Positions 29,954 through 39,995 of a DNA stretch of 64,000 nucleotides are shown here, in pieces. The translations under genes and the position numbers were made by a program. The notes under the pieces were generated by a model, which saw only the letters and a list, made by a program, of their open reading frames with translations, was not told the DNA's origin and searched no databases. Source of the DNA: Candidatus Hadarchaeum sp. (GTDB lineage Archaea; Hadarchaeota; Hadarchaeia; Hadarchaeales; Hadarchaeaceae); the NCBI RefSeq assembly GCF_038871235.1, contig NZ_JAVZIN010000009.1:1441-65440 (forward strand), given 5' to 3'. The first letter of the stretch is position 1. Each line of letters begins with the position of its first letter.

Positions 29954-31222
29954 TTGCCGAGATCAGACATCTCCGGATTCTACCGATTGAGCCCGGAGGA
30001 GAGGCTGAAGCTGGTGAAGGAGTTTGCCGGGCTTGACGATGCCGAGGCTGAGCTCCTACAAAGGTCCGGGGCCCTAAGTCTTCAGCAGGCCGACCGCATG
30101 ATCGAAAATGTGATCGGGGTCACCTCATTCCCTGTAGGAATAGCCACCAACTTTCTCATCAACGGAAAGGACTATCTCATCCCGATGGTCATTGAGGAGC
30201 CTTCGGTGGTGGCGGCTGCTTCTAACGCGGCCAAGATGGCTCGGGTCAGGGGAGGCTTTCGAACCGAGAGCACCCTGCCGGTGATGATCGGCCAGATACA
30301 GCTCGTCGATGTCGAAGATCCGATGGTTGCCAAGGAGAGGATCATTAAGGAGACGAGCCGAATTTTGGCCAAGGCCAACGAGCAGGACCCGGTCCTAGTG
30401 AAGCTGGGCGGAGGGGCCGTGGGACTGGATGTCCGGATTCTTAGCTCCTCGATCGGACCGATGGTAATAATTCACCTGCTGGTGGATGTCAGGGACGCCA
30501 TGGGGGCCAACGTTATCAACACGATGTGTGAGGCGGTCGCTCCGATGATCGAGCAGATCACCGGTGGCAGGGTCTTCCTGAGGATAGTTTCCAACCTCGC
30601 GATTCATCGACTGGCGCGGGCGCGGGCGGTTTTCGCTAAGGAGGCGCTCGGTGGCGAGGAGGTAGTGGATGGAATTCTGAAAGCATATGAGTTTGCCGCC
30701 GCTGATCCCTTTCGGTGTGCTACTCACAACAAGGGAATAATGAACGGTGTTATCGCTGTGGCACTGGCCACGCTGAACGATACTAGGGCGCTTGAGGCCG
30801 GAGCCCACGCTTACGCCGCGATGGGGGGCAGTTACCGGCCGTTGAGCCACTGGTACCGGACTCCGGAAGGAGATCTTGCTGGCAGCATAGAGCTACCGGT
30901 TGCGGTGGGCGTTATCGGCGGTGCCACGGCGGTTCACCCCATCGCCAAGATCTGTCGCAAGATACTCGGCATGCCCTCAGCTAGGCAGCTGGGGGAGATC
31001 ATGGCAGCGGTCGGTCTGGCCAATAACCTAGCAGCGATGCGGGCGCTGGCGACGGAGGGCATTCAGGCCGGCCACCTTAAGCTGCACGCCAAAAACATCG
31101 CGGTAACGGCCGGGGCCGAGGGCGAGCTCATCGATATCGTGGCCCGACGGATGATTGAGGAGAAAAAGGTTAGTTATGACCGGGCACTGGCAATTCTCAG
31201 GGAACTAAAGTCACAGCCATAG
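29954..31222 (+). CDS. hmgA: HMG-CoA reductase, class II (bacterial/Pseudomonas mevalonii type)
   Basis: 422 aa. It aligns collinearly with class II MvaA through ENVIG...NFLINGKDYLIPMVIEEPSVVAAAS...DAMGAN...ATHNKGIMNG...GGAT. Confidence 0.9.
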   Translation: MPRSDISGFYRLSPEERLKLVKEFAGLDDAEAELLQRSGALSLQQADRMIENVIGVTSFPVGIATNFLINGKDYLIPMVIEEPSVVAAASNAAKMARVRGGFRTESTLPVMIGQIQLVDVEDPMVAKERIIKETSRILAKANEQDPVLVKLGGGAVGLDVRILSSSIGPMVIIHLLVDVRDAMGANVINTMCEAVAPMIEQITGGRVFLRIVSNLAIHRLARARAVFAKEALGGEEVVDGILKAYEFAAADPFRCATHNKGIMNGVIAVALATLNDTRALEAGAHAYAAMGGSYRPLSHWYRTPEGDLAGSIELPVAVGVIGGATAVHPIAKICRKILGMPSARQLGEIMAAVGLANNLAAMRALATEGIQAGHLKLHAKNIAVTAGAEGELIDIVARRMIEEKKVSYDRALAILRELKSQP

Positions 31223-31293
31223 TTCACATCCCACCAGCCCGCTTTGGGTGGTTGTTTAAATTCCGGTGACGTTCAATTCCAAGGTGGAGACCT

Positions 31294-33411
31294 GTGGCTC
31301 CTGTTTTCAAAAATCTCTATAAGTTGGGAGGAAGAGTTCTTTCGGGGCTGGGCGTGGAGAGGACTTTTGAGCAGATGGTTCAGAGCATCTTGGAGGCGAC
31401 GGGGTTGAGCCGCGATGAGGTGATGTCCCGAATTCGCGGCAAGCAGGAGGAACTCGGCGGCTTTGTGACTTTGGAAGGAGCGGCGAATATCGTCGCCCGT
31501 GAGCTCGGGGTCATTTTCGAGCGTAAGGAACCAGAGGTCAGACCGCTTCGCATCGAGGACCTGCTGCCCGGGATGTCCAAGGTTGACATTCTGGCCCGAG
31601 TGGTTAGGATCCAGGAGCCTAGGGAGTTTCAAAGGCCAGGCGGCAAGCCAGGGCAGGTGGGAAGCTTAGTCCTTCAGGATGCAACAGGTGAGATAAGGCT
31701 GGTCCTGTGGAATGATAAGGCCTCAATCCTGAAGCAGGGAGGACTGAAGAAGGGAGATATCATCAAGGTTCAGGGCGCTTATGTCAGGGAAGGTTGGGAT
31801 AAGCGACCTGAACTTAGCCTCGGCGCCCGCGGTACCATCTCTTTGTGCCCCGATCACCCGCTGGCCACGGAGTTGCCGTCTCTTTCCAGCTCACGGACGA
31901 AGATAGCTGATTTGGGTTCACATTTGCTTGAGGTTGATGTGGTGGGACGGGTGGTCACGTCTAGCGAAGTTAAGTTTTTTGACCGGCCTGATGGAACCAC
32001 AGGAAAGGTGGCCGCGCTAATTCTCATGGATGATACTGGACAGGTGAGGGTCTCGCTCTGGGACGATTGGGCTGAGGCGGCAAAGGAGATCAGCCGAGGA
32101 GATGTGGTGATGCTGGAAAATGCCACGGTTCGACAGGGTCTGGGTGGTCGGGTTGAGTTGAGCCTCGGCGCAGGCGGACGGTTGGTGAAAAATCCACCGG
32201 GCATTTTAGAACTTCCTGAGCCGGTGGAGAGGCCGCTGAAGCTAGGTGAAGTTGAACCCGATATGCGATCCCTTGACGTGGCAGCAATTGTGAAGCGCAA
32301 ATTACCCTTGCGCGAGTTCAAACGCAGTGACGGATCCACAGGCAGGGTCTTAAGCGTGATTCTGGCGGATGACACCGGAGCCGTGCGGGCATCGTTCTGG
32401 GACCTAGCAGCGGATCTAGCTCAGCATCTGCAGGTCAATGACAGAGTTCTGCTGAAGAATGCCTACACTCGTGTTGGCTTGAGCGGCAAGCCCGAGATTC
32501 ATGTAGGCAGAACAACTCAGGTTGAGATAAATCCACCCGGGGTCATCGTGGCTGAGCCAAAGCCGCAGCCTATTAAGATAGCTGAGCTTGAACCTAATCT
32601 TGACGCCGTGGAGGTGGCCGGCAGGGTTGTGGAGGTATCCGAGAAACGCGAGTTCACCCGCCCGGATGGAAAAAAAGGAACGGTGGCGTCGGTAGTCTTG
32701 AGTGACGATTCGGGGACGATCAGGGTTTCACTCTGGCAGGAGCACGCGGAAAGTGTTGGGCAGCTTAAGGTTGGTGACGTGGTGAGGCTGGTTGATGCTT
32801 ATACCACTCTTAGCAATCTGGGCCAGGTGGAGCTTCATCTGGGCAGCCAAGGAAAGCTGGAGCTGAATCCGGCTTTGGAGGTGCCGCAGGTGGCAGCAGT
32901 GGAGCCAGCCGTGCAGGAGCCTGAGCGCGTGGATATTTCCAAGATCGACCGGGAGGGGATGAGGGTGGAGGTTCGAGGGACGGTGATACAGGTTTTTCAT
33001 CGCCGGCCAATATTCGATGTCTGCCCCAGCTGCGGCCGGAGCATCGTGGGCTCAGAAACCAGCTTGATCTGTGAGGAATGTGGCAAATCAGTCACTCCGG
33101 ACCACCGAATGGTGATCAGCTTTCTAGTGGATGATGGCACCGGGAACATTCGTGTGGTCCTTTTCGGAAGAGTGGCGGAGAAGCTGTTAGGGATGAGTGC
33201 CCAGCAGGTTTTTGATTACCTCAAGTCAAATCCAGATCTAGCCGCGTTCTATCATGGACTGGGACTAGTCGGGAGGGAGTTGATAGTTTTTGGGATCACG
33301 AGGCGGGACAGATATCTTGATCAGCTGGAGATTCGGGCCCAGGAGTTTAGGGTGGCCGGCCCGCTGGAAGAGGCCAGGTTGCTTCTCAAAAGGCTAAAAG
33401 AAATGACGTGA
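31294..33411 (+). CDS. rpa: Replication protein A (ssDNA-binding) with four tandem OB folds and a C-terminal zinc ribbon
   Basis: 705 aa. It has four OB-fold repeats of about 110 aa, each with an R/KxxxGxxGxVxSxxLxDxTG core. Near the C-terminus is CPSCGRS...CEECGKS. Confidence 0.85.
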   Translation: MAPVFKNLYKLGGRVLSGLGVERTFEQMVQSILEATGLSRDEVMSRIRGKQEELGGFVTLEGAANIVARELGVIFERKEPEVRPLRIEDLLPGMSKVDILARVVRIQEPREFQRPGGKPGQVGSLVLQDATGEIRLVLWNDKASILKQGGLKKGDIIKVQGAYVREGWDKRPELSLGARGTISLCPDHPLATELPSLSSSRTKIADLGSHLLEVDVVGRVVTSSEVKFFDRPDGTTGKVAALILMDDTGQVRVSLWDDWAEAAKEISRGDVVMLENATVRQGLGGRVELSLGAGGRLVKNPPGILELPEPVERPLKLGEVEPDMRSLDVAAIVKRKLPLREFKRSDGSTGRVLSVILADDTGAVRASFWDLAADLAQHLQVNDRVLLKNAYTRVGLSGKPEIHVGRTTQVEINPPGVIVAEPKPQPIKIAELEPNLDAVEVAGRVVEVSEKREFTRPDGKKGTVASVVLSDDSGTIRVSLWQEHAESVGQLKVGDVVRLVDAYTTLSNLGQVELHLGSQGKLELNPALEVPQVAAVEPAVQEPERVDISKIDREGMRVEVRGTVIQVFHRRPIFDVCPSCGRSIVGSETSLICEECGKSVTPDHRMVISFLVDDGTGNIRVVLFGRVAEKLLGMSAQQVFDYLKSNPDLAAFYHGLGLVGRELIVFGITRRDRYLDQLEIRAQEFRVAGPLEEARLLLKRLKEMT

Positions 33412-33429
33412 AAGTATAAAGGGGAGAGA

Positions 33430-34383
33430 TTGTTGTCCGAGGTCACCAAAAAAACGATAGAAAACCTTCCCGGGGTCGGCGAGGCCACGGCGGAGAAGCT
33501 TCGGGAGGCTGGTTACCGGACTATTGAGTCAATAGCAGCAGCGACCGTCGCCGAGCTGCGGGAGGCCGCCGAGCTTGGGGAGGCACAGGCCAAGAAGATT
33601 ATCGCTGCGGCTAGGGAGGCCGCTGATTTCTGCTCCTTTGTCACCGCGGACAAGGTGCTGGAAAAAAGGGAGAAGGTGGGCCTGATAACGACGGGCAGCG
33701 CCTCTCTCGACGACCTGCTGGGCGGCGGGGTGGAGACCCAAGCGGTCACCGAGGCCTTCGGGGAGTTCGGCTCGGGCAAGACGCAGCTGGCCCACCAGCT
33801 TTGTGTTAATGTCCAGCTGCCCAAGGAGCAGAAGGGTCTTGACGGCAAGGCAATTTTCATCGACACCGAGAACACCTTCAGGCCGGAGAGGATTAGGGAC
33901 ATGTCATTGGGCGTGGGTCTCGATCCCGTGAAGGTCCTGCAGAATATCTACTATGTAAGATCCTACAACACTGACCAGCAGGTTCTGATAGCAGAGAAGG
34001 CCGAGGAGGTCGTTGAGCGGGAGAACATTCGCCTCATCGTTGTCGACTCAGTCACTGCTCAGTTCAGGGCCGAGTTCACCGGAAGGGAGACACTGGCTCT
34101 GAGACAGCAGAAGCTGAACCGACACCTAATGACGCTGCACCGGATCGCCGACCTGCATGATTTGGCCGTCTTCGTGACCAACCAGGTGCAGGCGAGGCCG
34201 GATATTTTCTTTGGTGACCCTACCAAGCCCATCGGCGGGCACATCCTTGCCCACTCTGCGACGACCCGCATCTACCTCAGAAAATCCAAGGAACAGAGGA
34301 GGATCGCCAGAATATTTGACAGCCCCAACCTTCCCGAGCGTGAGGCGGTTTTCCGGATTACTGAGCAAGGGATAAAGGACTGA
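33430..34383 (+). CDS. radA: DNA repair and recombination protein RadA
   Basis: 317 aa. It has an N-terminal HhH domain, the Walker [10 protein letters not shown], and the RecA/Rad51 core. Confidence 0.95.
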   Translation: MLSEVTKKTIENLPGVGEATAEKLREAGYRTIESIAAATVAELREAAELGEAQAKKIIAAAREAADFCSFVTADKVLEKREKVGLITTGSASLDDLLGGGVETQAVTEAFGEFGSGKTQLAHQLCVNVQLPKEQKGLDGKAIFIDTENTFRPERIRDMSLGVGLDPVKVLQNIYYVRSYNTDQQVLIAEKAEEVVERENIRLIVVDSVTAQFRAEFTGRETLALRQQKLNRHLMTLHRIADLHDLAVFVTNQVQARPDIFFGDPTKPIGGHILAHSATTRIYLRKSKEQRRIARIFDSPNLPEREAVFRITEQGIKD

Positions 34384-34393
34384 AGGTGTCTTT

Positions 34394-35089
34394 TTGATCA
34401 GGCTTCTGGCCGTGGACATCGACGGCACCATGACCTACCGGGACAGACGGCTTGATCTAGTGGCTGTCGAGGCCATTAGGAGGGCTGAGGCCGCAGGAAT
34501 TTCGGTCGTGATCGCCACCGGCAACATCTTCAGGTTTGCTGAGGCCGCCTCTGTTCTCATCGGCACCTCGGGACCCCTAATAGCTGAAGATGGCGGCATT
34601 GTCTTTGATTTTAATACTGAGAAGATGCACGTGCTTGGCGACAGGGTGGATGCGGACCATGCCTTCGCCGAACTCATGAAGGCCTTTGGAAACATCGAGA
34701 CCACTAGGAGCAACCCGGACCGGCTCACCGGCGTCGTCATCAGGAAGACGGTTCCACTGGAGGAGGTGAGGAAGGTCATCCGGGAAAGGAACCTTCCCGT
34801 CATCGCGGTAGATTCAGGGTGGGCCATTCATCTGCGTAGACCTGAGGTCAATAAGGGAAATGCATTGAAAAAGGTGTCTATGATTACCAAAGTTCCACTG
34901 GACGAGATCGCCGCGATAGGAGACGGTTACAATGATGTTGAGATGTTGCAGTTGGCTGGGCTGAGCTTCGCGGTGGCCAACTCGGTTGAGGAAGCAAAGA
35001 GGGCATCGCAGCGGGTGACCCGTTCCCCTCACGGAAGGGGTGTTGCCGAGGCGGTTGAAGAGATCCTCAAGCTTACCGCCCGCAGCTAG
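34394..35089 (+). CDS. Phosphoglycolate phosphatase, archaeal type (HAD, Cof-like)
   Basis: 231 aa. VDIDGTMT...IATGN...AEDGG...GDGYNDVEM matches the archaeal PGP family. Confidence 0.7.
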   Translation: MIRLLAVDIDGTMTYRDRRLDLVAVEAIRRAEAAGISVVIATGNIFRFAEAASVLIGTSGPLIAEDGGIVFDFNTEKMHVLGDRVDADHAFAELMKAFGNIETTRSNPDRLTGVVIRKTVPLEEVRKVIRERNLPVIAVDSGWAIHLRRPEVNKGNALKKVSMITKVPLDEIAAIGDGYNDVEMLQLAGLSFAVANSVEEAKRASQRVTRSPHGRGVAEAVEEILKLTARS

Positions 35090-35195
35090 TTTGGCGTTGT
35101 CCAAGGTAATAGGCCTTGCATTAAATTGTCGTGTGAAAAATGCTTTTCATAAATGAGTAGGGAATCTGCCGGTGTTATTTTTTGCTTGAAAGGGC

Positions 35196-36584
35196 CTAGT
35201 ACCGGTACTCTACACCAAGGTCGCGCAGTTCGTTTTTGATCTTTCGATAAAGGTCCAAATATTCCTGAGTCGGCTTCTTCCTTTCCACGTCGTAGCATTC
35301 CCTAAAGGTTTTTCCCAGCGGTGCGTCCTTTATCCGGTGCTCGTATTTTTTCAAAAGTTCTTTGACGATCTCGTTGGCGTCTTCCCTCTTCATTCTACTT
35401 TCAACTGCGGAGAGTCCGGACTCACAGGCGAACCTCGCTTCCATCGGCGTGGTTCTTTCCTTGTGCTTGTTAGAAGCGGTGGCAATTTCCCAGAGGATGC
35501 TGGTACCAGACACGGCGCTGGTTATTCCGTGAGCGGCAGCCTCATATAGGACCATGTCGGTGCATGGGCCCGCGACGGCAAACCCGTTGGACCCTGAGAT
35601 GAACTTTGAGTTTCTGGCGATCGCCTGATAGGTGCCGCTCACCACCCAGAGCATCTCCCTCATCGTGTTGCAGAAGTAAATCTTGTCGATGGGGAAATAG
35701 CAGGTGAAATATCCTTGGTTGACCATCAGCCCTTGGATGTGGGAGGCAACACCGATTATTGCCGTCCCCTCGGCGCCGGCGTATGCGCCCAGCATCGGGC
35801 TTGTCAGCGTTCCGCAGAGGTGACCGTTCTGGTGGAAGTGTAGCATCTTGGTCAGCAGGTCGTTGTCAATTTTGAGCTCGCTTATTATCGAGACCAACCT
35901 GATATCGGTTTTTCTGGCTCCCCACTCTTGTTCGCTGGTGGCGATCTGGGCAGCCGCTTGCAGTGCTGTTCCGGTGAGAACTATGGCTATCCCGGGTCTA
36001 CCGGCCCTCTTGGCGGCCTCTCTCGCCAGCATCGCGTGGACCATTCCTCCCTGGGTTTCGGAGGGTGCCCCAGTTTTCAATGGCATTCCCTCAATCTCCT
36101 CCAAAATGGGTGATGATACTGCGTCTGCCAGCGGTTCCTTGATGTAGGCCATTTCAATCGGGATGAACAAGTCCTCAGAGCATCTAACGCCAACCGGTGT
36201 GAAAAGGCATCCCGGTGGCTTTGTGTCCTCCACTTTTCTCGGCGACCATTTCCTTGAGTCCTGTCCTTCACCCACGGTAATTTCGTTTCTCATGCTGAAC
36301 ATGGCTTCCTTAATTTCCTCCTCGCTGAAAAGTATTCTGCGGTAGGTGCTGGTACAGTAGGTTCCGACGGAGAGGTAGAAATCCCAAGCGGCTTTCCAGA
36401 GGTCGTCGGCCAGGGAGTCGTCGGAGAAGACGATCTGCTCCGGATCGAACCTGATGTCGTACTCCTTGATCACCCGCTTCAGGTTGGGGAAGAGGATCTT
36501 GGTGTCGAATTCCTTCTCGGTGCAGATGGGACCGGTCTCGGCGCGCTCCAGGACCTCGTTGATCCGCCACGGTGGCGCCGGCAT
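35196..36584 (-). CDS. MtmB-family (monomethylamine methyltransferase-like) corrinoid-dependent methyltransferase with no pyrrolysine/UAG codon
   Basis: 462 aa, uninterrupted. It is collinear with Methanosarcina MtmB from RAETGPICTEKEFD through to the C-terminal KTFRECYDVERKKPTQEY. The AGRPG region carries V/L where MtmB has the UAG-encoded Pyl. It follows directly after the corrinoid protein gene in the same operon. Confidence 0.8.
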   Translation of the reverse strand: MPAPPWRINEVLERAETGPICTEKEFDTKILFPNLKRVIKEYDIRFDPEQIVFSDDSLADDLWKAAWDFYLSVGTYCTSTYRRILFSEEEIKEAMFSMRNEITVGEGQDSRKWSPRKVEDTKPPGCLFTPVGVRCSEDLFIPIEMAYIKEPLADAVSSPILEEIEGMPLKTGAPSETQGGMVHAMLAREAAKRAGRPGIAIVLTGTALQAAAQIATSEQEWGARKTDIRLVSIISELKIDNDLLTKMLHFHQNGHLCGTLTSPMLGAYAGAEGTAIIGVASHIQGLMVNQGYFTCYFPIDKIYFCNTMREMLWVVSGTYQAIARNSKFISGSNGFAVAGPCTDMVLYEAAAHGITSAVSGTSILWEIATASNKHKERTTPMEARFACESGLSAVESRMKREDANEIVKELLKKYEHRIKDAPLGKTFRECYDVERKKPTQEYLDLYRKIKNELRDLGVEYRY

Positions 36585-37235
36585 CTATCTCCTCTCCGCG
36601 ACCAGCTTCTTGGCCAGCTCGACGGCCTCGGCGGCGTTCTCGGTCCAGCCGTCGGCCCTCGTCCTGCGGAACCAATCCTCGTCCACCGAGCCGCCCCCGA
36701 TCATGACGATGAAGTTCTTGCGGTGGCCCATGCCCTCGAGCAGGTCGATGACCTCCTTCTGGGCGCCCCGAGTGGTGGACATCAGGGCCGAGAGGGCGAT
36801 GATGTCGGCCTTGACCTCGTTGGCCTTCTGGATGATGGCCATCGAGTCAACATCGCGCCCCAGGTCGTGGACCTCGAAGTTGTTGACCTCGAGCAGCAGG
36901 GCCAGGATCGTCTTGCCGATGTCGTGGATGTCGCCCTTGACGGTGGCGATGACCACCTTGCCCAGTCGCTTGCTCTCGATCTCCTCCCGGGCTTTGGAGC
37001 TTGACTTGGCCAGCAGGATGTCGACCGCGGCCTTCATCGCCTCGCTGGCCAGCAGCACCTCGGGCAGGAAGTACTCTCCCTTCTCGAACTTGTCCCCGAC
37101 GATCTTGGCCGCCGGGGCGATGCCCTCGTTCACGGCCCTGATGGGGTCAACTCCGGCCTTGACCATCTCCTCAGCAATCCTCTTGGCAGAATCAACGTCA
37201 TATTCGATTATGCTCCGCTTCAAATCCTCTATCAT
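36585..37235 (-). CDS. Cobalamin-binding corrinoid protein (MtmC/MtaC-like). The track start at 37307 is probably a spurious extension
   Basis: It has an N-terminal corrinoid-protein cap helix domain and the B12-binding DxHxxG motif, GDIHDIGK. Its stop abuts the MtmB-like start. Confidence 0.85.
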   Translation of the reverse strand: MIEDLKRSIIEYDVDSAKRIAEEMVKAGVDPIRAVNEGIAPAAKIVGDKFEKGEYFLPEVLLASEAMKAAVDILLAKSSSKAREEIESKRLGKVVIATVKGDIHDIGKTILALLLEVNNFEVHDLGRDVDSMAIIQKANEVKADIIALSALMSTTRGAQKEVIDLLEGMGHRKNFIVMIGGGSVDEDWFRRTRADGWTENAAEAVELAKKLVAERR

Positions 37236-37405
37236 TAAATTACCGATTTTTCTTGTTGAGAATTGTATAAGTATTTTGTGGTAGACTTGGCTTTTTAGAA
37301 TGGTCATCGATTTATTAAGTTTGAGGAAATTAGATCTAGTACAAATTTTTCGATTTTCATCAGTGAAGACTTAAATAATTAAATCAAAATAACTAAACTG
37401 ATAGA

Positions 37406-38278
37406 ATGGTCTCCCTCGAGATGCTAATTGGAACTGCAGTAATTGGTTTGCTGGTGGGTTGTATCTACGCGTTAGGTGGTCTGGGATTAGCTTTCATTTA
37501 TGGAATATTGGATTTTGTAAACTTCGGACACGGCGACTTTCCCCTGATGCTCTCCATGTATGTAACCTTTTGGCTCTTTGTAATTTTTGGATTGGACCCG
37601 ATTTTTTCACCAATTTTGGCCGTCCCCTTGTTTTTCCTTTTAGGGATATTGGTTTACAAGAGCATAGCTAGACGCACCCTCAAAGGCCCAGCACTTTCCC
37701 AAATCGCGGCAACGATAGGTCTGATGATAATGGTCCGTGGTCTGGCACAGGTGGCTTGGTCCTCTGACCCGAGAAGTATACCCTTCACAATTGTCCGCGG
37801 GTCAATAGAGATCGGTGGGCTGTTACTACCTCAGTCACGCATAGTCGGTGCTCTGATAAGCATCGGTGCTTTTATCTTGATTCATTATTTCTTGAATAGG
37901 ACATATACTGGTCTCTGTATTCGGGCTATAACCGATGATCGGGTGGCAACGGAAGTGTTGGGCATCAACACCGAGCGGCTCTACATGTTGTCGTTCGGAA
38001 TCGGGATAGGCCTGACCTCGATAGCCGGAGCAGTAATGATGACTTATTCCTTTGTCGATCCAACCATTGGCCTTAGATATGGTTTGTTGCTTTTTGTTAT
38101 CTTGTGTCTGGCCGGGCTGGGTACAATCAAAGGGGTGATTTTTGCCGGTTGTATTCTAGGAGTTATCGAGGCGCTCACCACAGTTATCTGGGAATCCCGA
38201 GCCGCCATGCTAGTGGTTTTCATTATTTTCATCTTGATGCTTTGGTTGCGGCCTAAGGGACTCTGGGGGAGGAGATAG
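37406..38278 (+). CDS. livH: Branched-chain amino acid-type ABC transporter permease (LivH family)
   Basis: 290 aa, polytopic, with LivH-like topology. It is the first gene of a four-gene operon. Confidence 0.8.
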   Translation: MVSLEMLIGTAVIGLLVGCIYALGGLGLAFIYGILDFVNFGHGDFPLMLSMYVTFWLFVIFGLDPIFSPILAVPLFFLLGILVYKSIARRTLKGPALSQIAATIGLMIMVRGLAQVAWSSDPRSIPFTIVRGSIEIGGLLLPQSRIVGALISIGAFILIHYFLNRTYTGLCIRAITDDRVATEVLGINTERLYMLSFGIGIGLTSIAGAVMMTYSFVDPTIGLRYGLLLFVILCLAGLGTIKGVIFAGCILGVIEALTTVIWESRAAMLVVFIIFILMLWLRPKGLWGRR

Positions 38279-38279
38279 C

Positions 38280-39263
38280 TTGAATAAAAAGTTTATCTCC
38301 GAAAAAATCCTTTTAACAGCAATACTGTTTTTATTCATAGCCCTAATCCCTGCTTTCTTTGGCTTCAATGAGTACTATACTTTCACTTTCAGCGTCATTC
38401 TGGTCTACGCCTGTGCCAGCTCAGCATGGAATATAATCGGTGGTATGGCCGGCCAGTTCGACTTAGCGGCAGCATCCTATGTTGGGCTCGGGATGTTCAC
38501 CTCAGGAACTCTCTACACGAGATTTGGAATACCCTTTTGGATGGGGATGCCCCTCGGTGGCGTGGTGGCCATGGGCTTTGCCCTGCTACTTGGTTATCCA
38601 ACCTTCAGGTTCAAACTGAGGGAATTCTGGTATGCACTTTCTTCGATTGCCAGTGTGCCGATTTTGAGAATTTTGTTTCTCGTATGGGAGGACGTGGGTG
38701 GTCCTATCGAAAGATGGCTAGGCAAGCCGAATCCCATCCTCATGCGTTTTGACTCATTCTTGCCATATTTTTACATTTTGGTCGGTGCGCTGGCAGTTAT
38801 CATATATGTCAACTACAGGATAAAGAACTCAAAGACGGGTTATTATCTGTTTGCCATAGGGGCTGATGAAGAAGCAGCAGCTTCGCTGGGAATTGATGTT
38901 CGGAGATATAAGCTTAAAGCTCTCATGATTTACGCTTTCATTCTCGGCATGCTGGGAGCCATTTACGTGAACTTACTCGGCAACTATCATCCAGATCATT
39001 TCGATACCTTTTTCACCATCACAATTGCCTCGATAGGAATCATCGGCGGGCTCGGTGTGATCTACGGAGCACCAATCGTGGCTTTCATCTTGGTGGGCAT
39101 AAGTGAGGTCGCGAGATTCACCGTCGGTACCATGGGAGGCCTGCCTTGGGTGATTTATGGACTGGCCATGCTGGTCATTGTCTTGTTCCGACCGCAAGGG
39201 GTAGGTCCCATGTTCAAGGAAGCTTATATTCGGGCCAAAGGACTGTTCAAAAGGAGGGGCTAA
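38280..39263 (+). CDS. livM: Branched-chain amino acid-type ABC transporter permease (LivM family)
   Basis: 327 aa, polytopic. It sits 2 nt after livH. Confidence 0.8.
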   Translation: MNKKFISEKILLTAILFLFIALIPAFFGFNEYYTFTFSVILVYACASSAWNIIGGMAGQFDLAAASYVGLGMFTSGTLYTRFGIPFWMGMPLGGVVAMGFALLLGYPTFRFKLREFWYALSSIASVPILRILFLVWEDVGGPIERWLGKPNPILMRFDSFLPYFYILVGALAVIIYVNYRIKNSKTGYYLFAIGADEEAAASLGIDVRRYKLKALMIYAFILGMLGAIYVNLLGNYHPDHFDTFFTITIASIGIIGGLGVIYGAPIVAFILVGISEVARFTVGTMGGLPWVIYGLAMLVIVLFRPQGVGPMFKEAYIRAKGLFKRRG

Positions 39264-39266
39264 AAA

Positions 39267-39995
39267 GTGTCAACTGCCTTGCTCGAAACGGTTAATCTGA
39301 CAAAAAGATTTGGGGGATTGGTTGCGGTCAATAAGGTGAACCTCAAAATCACCCCGGGTGAAACACTCGGAATAATCGGTCCCAATGGAGCGGGCAAGAC
39401 AACTTTATTTAACCTGATTGCCGGGTTGCTGTCCCCTGATGAAGGCAAAGTATATTTCAAGGGTAAAGATATCACAAACCTGCTGCCTCACAAGAGAAAT
39501 GAAATCGGTATAGCTAGGACATTTCAAATTCCGAGACCTTTTGCCAACATGACGGTCTGGGATTCGGTCAAGGTAGGTGCCTATCGCCTCACCAACGACC
39601 AGAAAGAACTGGAGAGAAAGGTCGGTGAAATTCTTGAATTTTTCGACTTAACTCGACTCGCTCAGCAGAGTTGTTCTTCTTTAAACGTTTCCCAGTTGAA
39701 GTTGGTTGAACTAGCAAGGGCAGTAGCCACCGGACCTGAACTTTTGCTGATCGATGAGGTCGGTGCTGGTTTAACACCAAGTGAGCTGGATGATCTTGGT
39801 GCCATGATTCAAAAGCTAAAAAGAAAAATGAAGATCACCATTTGTTTGGTCGAGCATGTGATGAGGATAATCTGGCAGCTTTGTCCTAGGATAGTGGTTA
39901 TGGATTTCGGTAGCATTATTTCAACAGGGACGCCGAAAAGTGTCGCGAGAGATCCTAAGGTGATTGAGGCCTATTTGGGTAGAGGGTTGATCTGA
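39267..39995 (+). CDS. livG: ABC transporter ATP-binding protein (LivG family)
   Basis: It has the Walker A GPNGAGKTT, the signature sequence, and the Walker B LLLIDE. Confidence 0.85.
   Translation: MSTALLETVNLTKRFGGLVAVNKVNLKITPGETLGIIGPNGAGKTTLFNLIAGLLSPDEGKVYFKGKDITNLLPHKRNEIGIARTFQIPRPFANMTVWDSVKVGAYRLTNDQKELERKVGEILEFFDLTRLAQQSCSSLNVSQLKLVELARAVATGPELLLIDEVGAGLTPSELDDLGAMIQKLKRKMKITICLVEHVMRIIWQLCPRIVVMDFGSIISTGTPKSVARDPKVIEAYLGRGLI

Noticed and set aside
35196-36584. Possibility of a UAG-encoded pyrrolysine in the MtmB homologue
   Set aside because: The reading frame is continuous for 462 codons with no in-frame TAG, and the aligned Pyl position is a sense codon (V/L). No pylT-like tRNA was seen in the window.
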